64,000 nt of DNA, from assembly GCF_001447785.1 (NCBI RefSeq), contig NW_015164707.1:227926-291925 (forward strand). Reading direction: 5' to 3'. The notes below the pieces were generated by a model. It saw only the letters and a program-made list of their open reading frames with translations, searched no databases and was not told the origin of the DNA. This document shows positions 61,036 to 64,000 of this stretch, piece by piece (within the stretch, counting starts at the first letter, position 1; each line of letters opens with the position of its first letter). The translations under genes and the position numbers were made by a program. The DNA comes from Gekko japonicus (taxonomy: Eukaryota).

Positions 61036-62200
61036 TATTGCATATATATAAAGAGTGTTATGTCCGCTGACCGCCACCAGGGGCCAGCGAATACTCCCGA
61101 GCTTGACTCTGTAGAAACAATACAGACTAGGCTCCTAGTCTCTCCACTTGGGAACCAATAGGACCATGGCGAGAGATTTGAACCCACCAACAGGACCTAG
61201 GGGGGTGTCCCCAGGTGTGTATATAGCTGGCCAGCCGGCCAGTAGTTGTTGCCTTTGTTGTGTACTAGTAAACCATGCTGATCACTACATCCGTCTCAGT
61301 GGTTTATACATGTGTCTAACCAACTACACTTCAATGGCGACGAAGGTGGGATCCCGCTGAGCATCCCAGCCGGGCTGATGAGGCACCGCGATGGAAGACA
61401 ACGCACCGCTACTTACGCTCCTCCAATAGATGAGCAATGAGGGTGAGCACACCGCTTCCCAGCCGCCATCGATCAGCACAATGGTCTTTGCTCCGGGATC
61501 GGGGCTGGTACCACCATTTTCTACCATGCCTTCCTTCCCCACAAGGCAGCGGTAGCAGAGCCCCTCCATCACTTGTCAGATAAGCAGGCCCCCTGGGTGT
61601 GCGGGCCCCGCCAGGCTGCCGCGTTCCGGAATGTGAAAGAACTGTTGCTCTCCAACTCAGTCCTGGCCCACTTCGACGAGACGCTGCCTGTGGTTTTGGT
61701 GTGCGATGCTTCACCCTACGGTGTCAGTGCGGTGCTGGCACATCATCTCCCGGATGGGCGGGAGGTCCCGGTTGCGTATTACTCGCACACTCTGTGGCTG
61801 AGCGGAACTACGCCCAGATAGATCGTGAGGGACTTGCAATCGTGGCCGGTCAAGAAGTTCCATGACTTTGTCTATGGCTGGCCGTTCACCATCGCCACAG
61901 ACCACCGCCCGCTCCTCGGCCTCTTCGCACCCGATTGCTGGACGCCGCAAGTCCTCTCCCTGCGGGTCTTGCGGTGGTCCATTTTCCTTGCGGGCTATGA
62001 TTACCAGCTGCAACACCGCCTGGGGAAAGCTATGGGCCATGCCGACGCCCTTAGCCGACTTCCCCTACCAGACGTGGTTGAGGATCCGGCCCCAGTGCAC
62101 CTCGTACTCCAGCTGGACGGCCTTCCGAATGCCCCGCTGAAGGCTGCAGACATTGCCCACCGCACAGCTCAAGACCCCGTCATATCCCGTGTGCTGGTAA
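61036..62200 (+). mobile_element. Internally deleted Gypsy LTR retrotransposon: LTR 61036-~61328, PBS, gag start, RNase H remnant
   Basis: TG...CA LTR; TGGCGACGA PBS; CDASPYGVSAVL, ERNYAQIDREGLAIV, TDHRPLL, GHADALSRLP. Confidence 0.85.
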
Positions 62201-62214
62201 GTCCACTGAAAGTC

Positions 62215-64000
62215 CTATGAAATACTGCTAAGAAATGTTTCTACTCTGCTGCTATAGCATCAGCTGGCTCATAACCATCCTGATTGTTCAGGGTAACTCA
62301 GAAACTGCTGGTGCCAAAATCTGAGCCCCTGTTGTCTCAGGAAGAGACAATTAGTTGTCTTCCGCCAAGGTTTTTGATGAAAAAAATATTGAGAATACAC
62401 TCTGACCTGGATGTCCGTTGTAACACAGGCACACCAGAAGACTAATGTGCTGCCTGGTCTATTCATGGATCATTTTGTCCCAGTTTCCATGACGTTCTGT
62501 GATCTCAACAAGATCCTGGGACTAGCGAAGGCCATTTCTGGCACTCTGGATCCTTGCCCATTCTGGCTGCTAAAATCATGTAAGGCCCACATCAACAAAA
62601 CCTTAGTATCTATTATAAATCAGTCACTAACTCAGGGCATCTTCCCTCAGCCACTCAAAGAGGCAATTATCTGTCCACTACTTTAAAAAAATCCCTACAG
62701 AAAATGATGTAGCCAATTATTGCCTGGTCTAACCTGCCCTTTCTTGAAAAAATGACTGAGAGAGCAGTAGCAGACCAGCTCCAGATTCTCTTGGACAACT
62801 CATCTGCTCACAACCCTTTTAAATTTGGCTTCCGGCCAGGCTATGGGACAGAGACAGCTCTGCTAGCTTTAGTTGACAACCTTCATCTGACTGTAGGCAA
62901 AGACCATGTTGGTCCTCCCTGTTGCTCTTGTTGGACTTATCTGCAGCCTTTCATACAGTAGATCGTATCATCTTGTAGAGATGCTTGGAGGCAGAAGCAG
63001 GTATCAGGGGATGCATGCTGAACTGGTTCAAATAATTCCTCAAAAACTGGACTCAGGGTTGCTGTGGAAGACCAGTTGTCATTAGTGTGGGATCTATCCT
63101 GTGGAGTTCTACAGAGTGCTATTCTATGCCCCATGCTTTTCAATCTCTACGTAAGGCCCTTAGGACAAATAATTCGCAGCTTTGGGGTTGGTTGTCATCA
63201 ATATGTGGATGATACTCAGCTCTATATTTTTGTTGTTCAGTCGCACAATCGAGTCTGACTCTTCACGACCCCATGGACCACATCATGCCAGGCCCTCCTG
63301 TCCTCCGTCGTCCTCCAGAGTTTGCTTAATTTCATGTTCGTTGCATTGATAGCACTGTCTAACCATCTCATCCTTTGCCGTCCCCTTCTTCTTTGACCTT
63401 CAATCTTTCCCAGCTCTATATATCCTTATTCAAATTCCCTTTTGATGTGGTAGAGGTCCTGAATAACTGCCTGGCTGCCGTGGTAAATTGGCTAAAGGTG
63501 AACAAATGGAAACTAAACCCTGAAAAGACAGAGGCACTGCTGGTTGAGAAGAGATCTTGAAGGATCTCTCCCCACTTGTTGTTGTTGTTCAATCACACAG
63601 TCGAGTCCGACTCTTCGCAACCCCATGGACCAGATCACGCCAGGCCCTCCTGTCTTCCGCCGTCCTCTGAAGTTTGCTCAATTTCATGTTCGTTGCATCT
63701 ATGACATTGTCTAACCATCTCATCCTTTGCCGTCCCCTTCTTCTTTGACCTTCAATCTTTCCCAGCATCAGGGTCTTCTTCTCCAGTGAGTGCTCCTTTC
63801 TCATTGGGTGGCCAAAGTGTTTGAGCTTCAGTTTCATTATCTGGAGTCCAGCTGACCCTTGCTGATTTCATTAAGAACCTTGGAGAAACTAGACCCAACA
63901 TTAATAATGGAAAAGTTAATGCAGTTGCAAAAAAGGCCTTCTTCCAGTCTACCCCGAAAGATGGCCCCTTACCTTGATATGGCTGATCTGGCCACCTGGC
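62215..64000 (+). mobile_element. Degenerate L2-clade LINE RT region with two RTE 3'-end insertions (63230-63412 and 63577-63843, minus)
   Basis: LDPCPFWLLK, GFRPGYGTETAL, HQYVDDTQLY, KLNPEKTEAL. Confidence 0.8.

Noticed and set aside
59200-64000. CTNND1 exons expected from synteny
   Set aside because: No recognisable coding exon; the region is repeats

Overview
This is vertebrate genomic DNA, most likely from a gecko-like squamate (Squam3-type and Sauria SINEs, 5S-derived SINE, BovB/RTE, CR1, L2, DIRS, Penelope). It comes from a gapped draft assembly with six N runs, several at GC-rich promoters. Four genes appear in the human 11q12.1 order: MED19 (-, 5 coding exons), TMX2 (+, 8 exons, head-to-head with MED19 on a ~400 bp CCAAT-rich promoter), SELENOH (+, in-frame UGA and 3'UTR SECIS; exon 1 probably in a gap) and BTBD18 (-, 2 coding exons). 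The rest is mostly transposable elements. Main observations: (1) a near-perfect, frame- and stop-preserving copy of the MED19 terminal exon inside intron 3, positioned as a candidate mutually exclusive alternative last exon; (2) two WDR5-binding-motif-like sequences at the BTBD18 C-terminus; (3) two TSD-flanked L1-type elements that appear non-autonomous; (4) a SINE beside the MED19 CpG island with almost purely AT-to-GC substitutions; (5) a SELENOH SECIS with an enlarged apical stem-loop; (6) a near-intact BovB-type LINE with a chimeric 3' end. Repeat family names come from recognition by eye, not database searches.
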